64,000 bases of DNA from a virus (taxonomy: Duplodnaviria > Caudoviricetes), in the IMG/VR virus record IMGVR_UViG_2788500332_000005, positions 3,633 to 67,632 of that record. One strand, given 5' to 3'. Shown in pieces: positions 34,501 to 43,154 of the stretch. The notes beneath the pieces were generated by a model. The model was not told the origin of the DNA. It ran no database searches and worked only from the letters and a program-made list of their open reading frames with translations. Each line of letters begins with the position of its first letter. Positions within the stretch are counted from its first letter, which is position 1. A program made the position numbers and the translations under genes.

Positions 34501-37500
34501 ATGCTCGACAGCGCATCCACTCTCGCCATGCTCGCCGCCGCGAAAGCGTCGGTCGGCGTCGCCATCGAGAAGATCAGCCGCTGGCCGGCCGGCGCCGCAG
34601 GCGGCAAGGGCGGACAGTTCGCGCCGGGCAAGCAGGGCGGCTTGTTCGGGGACATGGACGGATGGGGGCTCTCCCCATCGGCCAAGGCCCCGCCGCCGCC
34701 GAGCGCCCGGCCGCACACGAAGGTGGACGACAAGGGCGCCGAGGTGCTGGTCCACTATCCGAGCAAGCCGACCGGGCCGGAGTCCTGGCTCGACAAAGGC
34801 TCCATCGCGACCGCCATCCCCGGCGGCAAGATGCCGGCCTCGCTCCACGGAGTCGCCTTCAAGCCCTGGGTTCCCCCGACGGACTGGCGAAAGGTCGATG
34901 GCACCGACGAGTCCCTCGACGCCGGCCAGCCTCTCAACGCCACCGACAAGCAGCGGCCCGGCGCCGGCGTCGTCATCCTCGAGCCCGACGGCCGCATGTG
35001 GCTGACCAAGCCGACCAACGAGTTCGGCGGATACGAGCACTCCTGGCCGAAGGGCGGCGTCGAGGAGGGCATGACGCTCCAGCAGACGGCCATCAAGGAG
35101 GCGTGGGAGGAAACCGGGCTCAAGGTGAAGATCACCGGCGTCCTCGGCGATTACGAGGGCGACACGAGCAAGGCACGCTACTATGTTGCGCGCCGCGTCG
35201 GCGGCACGCCGGCCGACATGGGCTGGGAAAGCCAGGCAATGCGTCTGGTCCCGCCCAACAAGCTGAAATCGCTGCTCAACCGGCCGCGCGACAAGCTGAT
35301 CGCCACCGACATCCTCGACCTGCTCAAGGACGAGGGCATCTACAAGGCCGTGCCGACGCCGCTCTACATCCGCCGCGACCTCCAGAACGCCGACGAGGTG
35401 AGGGCCTGGGCGATGGCTCAGGGGTTCGCTACCACCCTCCCCGCCAGCCAAATGCACGTCACCATCGCCTATTCCAAAACGCCGGTCGATTGGCAGGCCA
35501 TGGGCAGCGACGTCGACGAGCTGACCGCCGATCCGGTGGTGGAGGCTGTCGACACCACGCGCCACGTCGAGCGCCTCGGCGCCAATGGCGAGGCCGTTGT
35601 CTTGCGCTTCTCGGATACCGACCTGGAGACCCGCTGGCGTCAGCTCGTCGATCTTGGCGCGTCCTGGGATTGGGACGGCTACAAACCGCATGTCACCATC
35701 TCCTGGAATGCGCCGGATCTCGATTTGTCGAAGGTCCAGCCCTACACCGGCCGCCTGGTGTTCGGGCCGGAGATCTTCGAGCCGATCGACGAGGGCTGGA
35801 AAGACAAGCTGGTCGAGAAGGCAAAGAAGCCCTCGGGAGGCGGCGGGGCGTTCGACCAACCGCGCTGGCCGGCGGGCTCTCCGCTCGGCGGCCAGTGGAA
35901 GGCTGCGGACGGTGGCGGCATCCCGACGCCGCCCTCCATTGCCGGCGGGCTGGCGGGCAAGAACGCGTCCTACCAGAAGCAGGCGAACGCGCTCTACAGC
36001 GCCCTCAAGGCGGGCGATCAGGCGACGGTCAAGGCGGCCGTCGACAAGCTCGGCGAGAAGGTGGCCGCCAACTCGGCCAAGGGCGCCAAGACCAGCCATG
36101 TGAAATGGACGGCCCAGCTCCACCAATACGGTCAATCGCTTCTCGGTTCCGGCGCGAAGGTGGAGCAGGCTGTCGCCGCTGCGGATGCGATCCGTGGCCC
36201 GATGAAGCTGTCCGGAATGCAGAAAACCGGCAGCAAGCCGGGTGGGTCGGCACCGGGCGCGCTCTATACCGACAAGGGCGGCATGCTCTGGCTGGTCAAG
36301 GGCAATGCCCAGGCCGGCACCGTCTCGCAGAAGGTATCCGACAACCGGGCCAAGAACGAAGTCTTGGCGTCTCACCTTCTCAACGCCGTCGGCGCCGGTG
36401 CGCCGGAGATGAAGCTCGTCGATCTCGGCAAGGAGCATGGCGGTGGCATCGGCGTCGGCTCGAAATGGGTGACCGGCACCCAGAAATTCAACCCGGGGAA
36501 CAAGGCCCACCTGTCGGCGGCACAGCAGCAGTTCGCCGTTCATGCGTGGCTCGGCAACTACGACGTCATCGGCGCCGAATTCGACAACACCGTCATCAAG
36601 GATGGCAAGGCTCTATGCATCGACCCGGGCGGCTCGATCCTGTTCCGCGCCCAGGGCAAGCCCAAGGACCCGGGCGCCTTCGGCGACAAAGTGGACGAGC
36701 TCAAGACGCTGCGCGATCCGAAGATCAACAAGAACGCGGCGGCCGTCTATGGCTCGATGACCGCCTCCCAGATCGCCGAGTCCTGCGCGCAGCTCAAGCA
36801 GATCGACGACGCCACCATCACCAAGCTCGTCGACAGCTATGGGCCGGGCGATGCCAAGGAGAAGGCCAAGCTCGCCGCCACGCTCATCAAGCGCCGCGAC
36901 CACGTGATCCAGTATGGCGAGAGCCTGCAAGCCGCCCCGGCACCGGCGCCGGTCCCCGCTCCGAAGCCGCCGCGTCCGGCATCCAAGCAGCCGACGACGC
37001 CGGCCGCCGATGATTTTGACGACTTCGACGACGACATGATGCCGGAGCTCGAAGTCCCCACTTTCAAGACCGGATTCGCCAAGACCGACAAGGCCTACAC
37101 GATGGCCGCAGCTTACGTGAAGTCCATGCACGACAAGGCGGCGGCGGGCAACGGCATTGCCATGCTCTGGCTCAATAACGCGCAGGGCCTGGTCCAGCAG
37201 GGCCAGATCGACACCGGCCTCGGCATGCAGAAGATCCAGCCTGGCTCGGTCTCCGCTCAAAAGCTCCATGCGTTCATCGGCGACGCCAAAGCTAGCGCAC
37301 AGGTGCAGTTCATCGCGGCGGACGCAGCCGTTGCCGCCGCCGCTACGGCGGAAGCGGCAAAGGCGAAAGCAGCGGCCGATGCGGCGGTGAAGGCCCAGCA
37401 TGTTGCCCTTCCCGACTTCGACGGCGCCAAGCTGCCGGCCGGCAATACGAATGCCGGCAGCCACAATGCCAAGGTCGATGCGATCAAGAGCCTCGCCGCC

Positions 37501-38817
37501 TCTGGCGACGTGAACGGCATCCTCGCGCTCAACTACGGCACCAACACCTACGGAAAGAAGCAGGCGCAGCTCGCCAACGACGCGCTGGCGGCGCTCGGCT
37601 CGGCCGAAAAAGTGGCGCCCGGCCAGAAGAAGGGTGAGCACCCGACGATCTCCGGCGCGCCGACGGCGAAGGTAGCTGACGCGGATGCCGGCGCCATCGT
37701 AGCTGAGCCGGTAAAGCCCGCCGTGGCGGCCGCGACCAAGGCGGTAAAAGCCGCCACCAAGGAGAAGAAGGCGCCGGTCTTCAAACCGGAGACGCTCCTC
37801 GCCCCGCCGGACTTCAAGAACTGGCCCGGCAAGGGCGGTCCCCTCTCGTCCTCCGACGCCGTCAACGCATCCAACAATGAGGCGGTGCGCTCGATCTACG
37901 AAGTCGCCAAGAAGGGCGATCTCGAGGCGCTTCAGGCCTTGAAGTTCGAGGTCGTCGACAAGGCGACCGGGCAGAAGACCGGCGCTCTGCAAAGCATCAA
38001 GGATCACCCGAGCCAGCACGTCAAAGCCTACTGGCAGAACCTCGTCACCGAAGTCGACCTTCAAGTCAATCCACCGGCGATGCCGGAGCTGGGGCAGACC
38101 GTTCGTGATATCCCGCTCGAAGCGGCGTCCATAAGCCTCCCCACAGTTGAAATGGGGAAGATGGTCGCTGCTGTCCCGGCCAAAAAGAAGGCCGGCGATT
38201 ATATCGTGCTCGGAAAAATCTCTCAGGACGGTCTGCCGCAGCCGATGCCTGAGGACAGTGCTGTTACTGCCATCGCTTGGCATCAGAAGGTCAAGGAAAC
38301 TTGGGCCGCATCGTCTCAGGCTGCCAAGACAACCTGGCACAAGTACCTGACGAGCTCCGGTGCCAAGGAGCTCAATACCGCGCTTCGGACCGGCAAGCTC
38401 AGCCAGTCGCAGATCGCCGAGGTCAAGGCGTTCAATGAATTGCTCGTGGACATCCCGGAGGGTACCACATTCACCCGTTCGATGGGCGGCAACTCCTATG
38501 GCGCTACGCCCAATGATGCGAAGCTGAAGGCGTTGGAGGCGTTCATCCTCAACGCCGAACCGGGAACCGTCGTTCAGGAGCCCGGCTTCACCTCGACAAG
38601 CTGGTCCGGCGCCCATAAGGTACTGAGCGGCAACAAGTTCAAATGGAAGTTCACCGCTGGCAAGGGCGTGCGGGCGTTTCCCGCATGGCTCAGTCAGAAC
38701 GTCGGTGAGGGCGAGAGTTTGTTTCCCCCGAACCAGCGATATATGATCCGTGGCTGGAAAAAGGTGGGCGCCCAGATCGAGATCGACGCCGTTCTTCTTC
38801 CCACCATCGAAAACTGA
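34501..38817 (+). CDS. polyvalent protein: Nudix + 2H phosphoesterase (Acb1-like) + kinase-like + ADP-ribosyltransferase
   Basis: Nudix box GGVEEGMTLQQTAIKEAWEETGL; HVT...HVT; WLVK...NEVLA...WLGNYD...DN...IDPGG; R...FTSTS...EGES. Confidence 0.85.
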   Translation: MLDSASTLAMLAAAKASVGVAIEKISRWPAGAAGGKGGQFAPGKQGGLFGDMDGWGLSPSAKAPPPPSARPHTKVDDKGAEVLVHYPSKPTGPESWLDKGSIATAIPGGKMPASLHGVAFKPWVPPTDWRKVDGTDESLDAGQPLNATDKQRPGAGVVILEPDGRMWLTKPTNEFGGYEHSWPKGGVEEGMTLQQTAIKEAWEETGLKVKITGVLGDYEGDTSKARYYVARRVGGTPADMGWESQAMRLVPPNKLKSLLNRPRDKLIATDILDLLKDEGIYKAVPTPLYIRRDLQNADEVRAWAMAQGFATTLPASQMHVTIAYSKTPVDWQAMGSDVDELTADPVVEAVDTTRHVERLGANGEAVVLRFSDTDLETRWRQLVDLGASWDWDGYKPHVTISWNAPDLDLSKVQPYTGRLVFGPEIFEPIDEGWKDKLVEKAKKPSGGGGAFDQPRWPAGSPLGGQWKAADGGGIPTPPSIAGGLAGKNASYQKQANALYSALKAGDQATVKAAVDKLGEKVAANSAKGAKTSHVKWTAQLHQYGQSLLGSGAKVEQAVAAADAIRGPMKLSGMQKTGSKPGGSAPGALYTDKGGMLWLVKGNAQAGTVSQKVSDNRAKNEVLASHLLNAVGAGAPEMKLVDLGKEHGGGIGVGSKWVTGTQKFNPGNKAHLSAAQQQFAVHAWLGNYDVIGAEFDNTVIKDGKALCIDPGGSILFRAQGKPKDPGAFGDKVDELKTLRDPKINKNAAAVYGSMTASQIAESCAQLKQIDDATITKLVDSYGPGDAKEKAKLAATLIKRRDHVIQYGESLQAAPAPAPVPAPKPPRPASKQPTTPAADDFDDFDDDMMPELEVPTFKTGFAKTDKAYTMAAAYVKSMHDKAAAGNGIAMLWLNNAQGLVQQGQIDTGLGMQKIQPGSVSAQKLHAFIGDAKASAQVQFIAADAAVAAAATAEAAKAKAAADAAVKAQHVALPDFDGAKLPAGNTNAGSHNAKVDAIKSLAASGDVNGILALNYGTNTYGKKQAQLANDALAALGSAEKVAPGQKKGEHPTISGAPTAKVADADAGAIVAEPVKPAVAAATKAVKAATKEKKAPVFKPETLLAPPDFKNWPGKGGPLSSSDAVNASNNEAVRSIYEVAKKGDLEALQALKFEVVDKATGQKTGALQSIKDHPSQHVKAYWQNLVTEVDLQVNPPAMPELGQTVRDIPLEAASISLPTVEMGKMVAAVPAKKKAGDYIVLGKISQDGLPQPMPEDSAVTAIAWHQKVKETWAASSQAAKTTWHKYLTSSGAKELNTALRTGKLSQSQIAEVKAFNELLVDIPEGTTFTRSMGGNSYGATPNDAKLKALEAFILNAEPGTVVQEPGFTSTSWSGAHKVLSGNKFKWKFTAGKGVRAFPAWLSQNVGEGESLFPPNQRYMIRGWKKVGAQIEIDAVLLPTIEN

Positions 38818-38825
38818 GGCTCGGA

Positions 38826-39311
38826 ATGGTTGATCACATCCCCGACACTTCCGCCGATGTGCTGGAATACGGCCTCAGCGCCGACAAGCCCTATCTCTAT
38901 TCGCTCACGGTCACCGAACAGGTGGTCCGCGATTTCTTTTCCGCGATCATTAAGGCTCGCGACACGGTGGATTCCAATCCGGCCGCCGACCGGGGAGCAT
39001 TGCTAACGGCAGCTGGAGAGGCGCTCCAGTCCACGCTTTACGGGCAGAACTCGGCCTATTTGGCGAGTCCCTGGAACAGCGAACGCCATCTCGGACGCGC
39101 GCTGGTCGAGCAGGCCGGTCTTGGAGGCAGCACGTCGGACGCTGTTCTGCGCTGTTCCTACGCAATGGCAAAGCAACTGCTCGACATTCTCAACGACGCG
39201 GACGCCGGCAATCTTTCCGACGACAACATGAAATTCCGGATCGACGTCATGATCGAGTTCTGGACTTATTGCTTCATGGGGATGAAGGTCCCATCGGGCG
39301 ATGAGGAATGA
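38826..39311 (+). CDS. hypothetical protein (candidate immunity partner)
   Basis: Starts 8 bp after the ART domain; acidic, helical. Confidence 0.65.
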   Translation: MVDHIPDTSADVLEYGLSADKPYLYSLTVTEQVVRDFFSAIIKARDTVDSNPAADRGALLTAAGEALQSTLYGQNSAYLASPWNSERHLGRALVEQAGLGGSTSDAVLRCSYAMAKQLLDILNDADAGNLSDDNMKFRIDVMIEFWTYCFMGMKVPSGDEE

Positions 39312-39508
39312 GCCAGATGGCAAAGCGTATCCAGACACCTCGCGAACGCGCTGCCCGCGCCCTATGCAGCTCTCGCGGCCTGCCGGAAAACACGAGGTTC
39401 GAGGGGCGCCCCATGTGGCAGTCCTTCCTCGATGAGGTCGACGTCGTGCTGAACGCCGCGCTACCGCCAGAGGCGTTCGCCGCGATGAAAGCGGAAGACA
39501 ACCACTGA
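39308..39508 (+). CDS. hypothetical protein
   Basis: RERAARALC...PMWQSFLDEVD; coupled. Confidence 0.65.
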   Translation: MSQMAKRIQTPRERAARALCSSRGLPENTRFEGRPMWQSFLDEVDVVLNAALPPEAFAAMKAEDNH

Positions 39509-39587
39509 TCTGAACTCTGCTGTTCCGTGGAGAGACAAGGCCGCCGGGCAACCGACGGCTTTTGTCATTTCTATGCGCCAAATAGAC

Positions 39588-39618
39588 TTGACGGCCACAA
39601 AAATCTCATCAAAATGAT
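39588..39618 (+). promoter_or_regulatory. promoter/operator of the antirepressor operon
   Basis: TTGACG at 39588 and CTCAT-CAAA-ATGAT at 39605-39618 over the -10 region. Confidence 0.65.
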
Positions 39619-39621
39619 ATT

Positions 39622-39840
39622 TGTCGCTCTCCACGCGGGAGCGCGGATCGAAACTGGCGCATTGCCGCCGACAGCCAAACCGGGTCGCTCCCGGTTAATC
39701 GTGGCCCGACCAAGCCACGTCACGTAGCGCAAGATGCGTGCCCGGCGAGGGGAAAGGCCGCGAGCCTGGACAGTTCCCGCCTTTCCCCTTGCCTCCCCAT
39801 AGCCGTCCTTGCGAAGCGGCTTGGAGCAACGGGGTCTATC
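39622..39840 (+). ncRNA. highly structured 5' leader of the antirepressor operon (c4-like role, inferred)
   Basis: Consecutive hairpins CCGGG/CCCGG, GTGGC/GCCAC, CACGT/GCGTG with a GCAA loop, and a long GGCGAGGGGAAAGGC/GCCTTTCCCCTTGCC stem. Confidence 0.5.
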
Positions 39841-40659
39841 ATGACCAGACGTAAACCCGCAAACACTCCTACCAATATACAGATCTCCGGCGTCGACATC
39901 TCTCGCATCGAATATCGCGGGGAACCCGTCGTCACGTTCGCCATGGTGGATGAGGTTCACCAGCGGCCCGATGGCACGGCCGGCCGGACGTTCCGCGAGA
40001 ACAGGACCCGGTTTGTGGAAGGGGAGGATTTTGTCTCCCTCGACCAACCCGACGAAATTCGTCGCCTTGGTTTTACCCGTCCTCAGGGCGGCACTCCGGC
40101 GAGCGTCATCCTCCTCACCCGTCGCGGCTACCTCAAGCTGGTCAAGCCTCTCACCGATGACCGCGCTTGGGCTGTCCAAGGCGAGATGATCGACCGGTAC
40201 TTCCTCGTGGAGCAAATAGTGGGCGCCGTCCCTCTTGATGCGGAAGCTCGGAAAACCATCGGCGGCATCGTCAAATCGGTGGTCCACTCCGAACTCCAGG
40301 CGATCGTCGCCCATGAGGTCGAGACAGCTCTCGCCGCCGATCCGCGCCGTGCCGTCCTCGCCTACGTGTCAGTTCGCCAACTCCTCGACGAAGCGAAAGC
40401 CCTAACCAAGGGGCGCCGCAGCCTCAATCGCCGTGTCGGCAACGAACTGCGCACCCGCGCCGTTCTCGCACCTCCGACCCAGCCGGTCTCGAAATGCCCG
40501 CATTCCGGCGTGTGGCTGTTCCCGCGCGACTTCGCGGCGCAGTTCATGGTGGACCGCGGCATGGAGATGGTCCGCACCCACAATGACAGAGTCCGCGGCC
40601 AGGGTGTGCTCAAGCTCGTGCGGTCTGAAAAGCACGAAGACGACAAGAAAGGGCGGTGA
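39841..40659 (+). CDS. ORF6N-domain antirepressor-like protein
   Basis: IEYRGEPVVTFAMVDEVH...FRENRTRFVEGEDF. Confidence 0.85.
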   Translation: MTRRKPANTPTNIQISGVDISRIEYRGEPVVTFAMVDEVHQRPDGTAGRTFRENRTRFVEGEDFVSLDQPDEIRRLGFTRPQGGTPASVILLTRRGYLKLVKPLTDDRAWAVQGEMIDRYFLVEQIVGAVPLDAEARKTIGGIVKSVVHSELQAIVAHEVETALAADPRRAVLAYVSVRQLLDEAKALTKGRRSLNRRVGNELRTRAVLAPPTQPVSKCPHSGVWLFPRDFAAQFMVDRGMEMVRTHNDRVRGQGVLKLVRSEKHEDDKKGR

Positions 40660-40662
40660 GTC

Positions 40663-41472
40663 ATGAACAACCCTGATCAGTCGAATTTGAACTTGGCTCT
40701 CTCGCCGTCGGGCATCGACGCCACCCGCCAGCCCGTCGTGTTCGCACGGGATGGTGAGGTGTTCGCCAATAGCCGCGATGTGGCCGCTGCATTCGAGAAG
40801 CGGCATGCCGATGTTCTTCGGGACATCGACAATTTGATTCAGAAGGAGCCGGAATTGGGCCTGCGCAATTTTGCACATGCCCCCTACAAGTTGCAATCTA
40901 CCGGTGAGCAGTTGCATCGATCATTCGATATGGACCGCCGGGCGTTCAGCGTCCTCGCGATGGGCTTCACCGGGGCGAAGGCGCTGAAGTGGAAGCTCCG
41001 CTACATCGACGCCTTCGAGGCCATGGAGGCGGAACTGCGTAGCCGGCCGGCCGTTGACCCGATGCAGGTGCTGAATGACCCGGCGGCGATGCGTGGCCTC
41101 CTGCTCACCTACACGGAGAAGGTGCTCGCCCTGGAAGAGAAGGTTGGCGAGATGAAGGCCGATGTCGACGCGCTCGACCGTATCGCGAAGTCCGACGGAT
41201 CGCTTTGCATCACCGACGCCGCCAAGACGCTTCAGGTCCAGCCGAAGGCGCTGTTTCGGTTCCTCCAGTCCTTCAACTGGATCTACACCAGGGCCGGCAC
41301 CAATACCTATATCGCCTACCAGTCCAAGCTCGCCGCCGGCCTGCTCGAGCATAAGACAACAACCGTCGAGCGCTCGGACGGCAGCGAAAAAACCGTGACG
41401 CAGGTCCGCGTCACGCCCAAGGGTCTTGCCCGCCTCGCCCGTGAGTTCCCGCCGGCCGTCCGCGCAGCATAA
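40663..41472 (+). CDS. Rha-family / ANT (KilAC) antirepressor
   Basis: NSRDVAAAFEKRHADVLRDI, LAMGFTGAKALKWK (Rha); ITDAAKTL...QVRVTPKG (ANT). Confidence 0.9.
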   Translation: MNNPDQSNLNLALSPSGIDATRQPVVFARDGEVFANSRDVAAAFEKRHADVLRDIDNLIQKEPELGLRNFAHAPYKLQSTGEQLHRSFDMDRRAFSVLAMGFTGAKALKWKLRYIDAFEAMEAELRSRPAVDPMQVLNDPAAMRGLLLTYTEKVLALEEKVGEMKADVDALDRIAKSDGSLCITDAAKTLQVQPKALFRFLQSFNWIYTRAGTNTYIAYQSKLAAGLLEHKTTTVERSDGSEKTVTQVRVTPKGLARLAREFPPAVRAA

Positions 41473-41501
41473 AAGCCCCGCCCCCCTTTCCCCGCTCAAC
41501 G

Positions 41502-41521
41502 AGGCCGCCCACGGGCGGCCT
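41502..41521. terminator. hairpin between convergent genes
   Basis: AGGCCGCC-CACG-GGCGGCCT. Confidence 0.6.
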
Positions 41522-41523
41522 TA

Positions 41524-41916
41524 TCAATTGTAGGATATCCCTGCTTTTGAGCAAAATTCATTTGCGTCATATATTGACGCCGCGCCAGAACTAAACGCGC
41601 TGTTATCAGGTTGAAACGAAATATTACCTGAGTTTCTCAATAAATATCCGTAGTATGGTGCAAAACCGGCATATCCACCATATCCATTTTTTGCGTTTAC
41701 AAGCCCGCACACAACAACAAATCCATCTTTACTATATGCGGCAAGTGGTGACTTGAATTTTGCCGAATCAGGGTCGAGAAGGCGATCTTTTATCGCACCT
41801 TCAACCAAAGCAAGTTCATCAGCCGTCAGCTCATACCGTTGCCCAACTTCAAACCCATAAACCACGGTCGGCAAAACTACGATCGCCAATGCCCCAACCA
41901 GCCAAGCGCACTTCAT
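41524..41916 (-). CDS. AT-rich exported protein (moron)
   Basis: Signal-peptide-like N-terminus; LLDPDSAKF...CGLVNAKNGYGGY. Confidence 0.65.
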   Translation of the reverse strand: MKCAWLVGALAIVVLPTVVYGFEVGQRYELTADELALVEGAIKDRLLDPDSAKFKSPLAAYSKDGFVVVCGLVNAKNGYGGYAGFAPYYGYLLRNSGNISFQPDNSAFSSGAASIYDANEFCSKAGISYN

Positions 41917-42055
41917 TTGCCCCTCCGAGTTCACCGGCGAGCACCATACCACTAGTTGCGGATCAATCGCGTCCGGTTGACTCCGCATTCGTTCCCGTAT
42001 TGTTCTCATTTCGGGTTTGTGCCATGCTACCCGTCATGGGGGACGTGATGTGCAT

Positions 42056-42259
42056 CTACCCGGAGAGATACCCTTTTTCCCGAAGCCATTCCTTGAGAAT
42101 ATGGCGAATGGCTTCGGATCGCGACGGCTTCTCAAACGCCGTCTCAGCGAACCGCTCAAGCGCTTCCCCAACATCGTCCGGCAAGCGAACACCGGTTATC
42201 GGGGTTTTCCCCGTGGCAGGCCGGCCCCTCTTTTTGTGTTTAACACTTATTGACGTCAT
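42056..42259 (-). CDS. ribbon-helix-helix (Arc-like) regulator
   Basis: RGRPATGKTPITGVRL...SRSEAIRHIL. Confidence 0.85.
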   Translation of the reverse strand: MTSISVKHKKRGRPATGKTPITGVRLPDDVGEALERFAETAFEKPSRSEAIRHILKEWLREKGYLSG

Positions 42260-42350
42260 GATATAAGTGTTATACATAAAACACAGGCCGATGGGAAGCA
42301 GCAACTTCCACACCGGCCCTAACCCGGAACCAAGCGCCGCGGAGGCAACC

Positions 42351-42707
42351 ATGTCCCAAGCTGATAAGCATTCTACCACATCCGCCCATACCGTCGAAAC
42401 CCTGATGGCGCAGGCCAACGAGTTCGCCGAACGCATCGACATGCTCGACGCCGGCGCCACGGCCATGTTCGAGGGGCTGGTAATGGCCCTGCGCGGAGCG
42501 GAAAACGCGGCGATCGAGCGCCGGGCGCGGAGCGTTGCCGGCTGCGTTTACCAGCTTCGGGTCATGACACGCCTCGGCGAGGATCTGCTCCAGCTCATCC
42601 CCGAGGGCACTGCGGAGTGGCGCAAGGCCGACAGCATCGTGGGGCAGATGCACCGCGCCATTGCGGCCGTGGTGGGGCGTATCGAGGAACTGCCCGAGGT
42701 AGCCTAG
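42351..42707 (+). CDS. hypothetical protein divergent from the RHH gene
   Basis: GGAGG SD; MSQADKHSTT start. Confidence 0.6.
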   Translation: MSQADKHSTTSAHTVETLMAQANEFAERIDMLDAGATAMFEGLVMALRGAENAAIERRARSVAGCVYQLRVMTRLGEDLLQLIPEGTAEWRKADSIVGQMHRAIAAVVGRIEELPEVA

Positions 42708-42741
42708 CCTCCACTAACATCACCGAAGCGGTGAATGTCGC

Positions 42742-42773
42742 TTGACTGGAGTCAAAATTCTCATATAAATGAC
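42742..42773 (+). promoter_or_regulatory. promoter/operator of the ncRNA locus
   Basis: TTGACT (42742-42747), N16, TATAAA; CTCAT-ATAA-ATGAC at 42760-42773. Confidence 0.65.
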
Positions 42774-42776
42774 ATA

Positions 42777-42852
42777 TGCGGTGTGGAGCAGCCAGTAGCT
42801 CGCCAGCCTCATAAGCTGGAGGTCGCCGGGGCAGAGCCGGCCGCCGCTTCCA
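42777..42852 (+). tRNA. atypical tRNA-Met(CAT)-like gene
   Basis: Full 76-nt cloverleaf with encoded CCA; fMet-like D-arm; anticodon CAT at 42810-42812; T-loop is GGCAGAG, not TTCRANY. Confidence 0.7.
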
Positions 42853-43110
42853 GAATCCCGAGCGAAAACGCTCGTTGAAGCCTAGCCCAAGGGGCGACAG
42901 CAGAGAGCGTGAGTAGGTGGCGCGGCACGGCCCCGCGATGGACTGCCGGGAAGCTACGGCACTAGGGTGAGGACGGCGCAAGCCGGTGGCGCAGGATGCC
43001 TTTACCGATCCCGATGTTTCGCCCGAAAGGGCAACGAGAGCGGATCGCGTCAGTAGGGCTCCCTGCGGGTGACCGACGGTGTGGCAACCGGCCCAAGACA
43101 GCCTTTGAAT
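42853..43110 (+). ncRNA. candidate large structured ncRNA downstream of the tRNA-like gene
   Basis: No credible + strand ORF; nested stems CCTAG/CTAGG, CGCGG/CCGCG, TGCCG/CGGCA, CGGC-GCAA-GCCG, GCCC-GAAA-GGGC inside GATCC/GGATC, GCAGG/CCTGC. Confidence 0.55.
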
Positions 43111-43154
43111 ACCAATCACAAAAATGATATCAAAGCCCGATAAATATCATTGTA

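Noticed and set aside
34434-38616. Long alternative-frame and antisense ORFs (859, 701, 667 aa) over the polyvalent gene
   Set aside because: Shadow ORFs typical of high-GC DNA, with no motifs; many similar shadows elsewhere in the ORF track were ignored for the same reason.
42308-42318. 9-nt complementarity (TCCACACCG) to the 5' end of the tRNA-like RNA
   Set aside because: Too short to be significant given the local search space.
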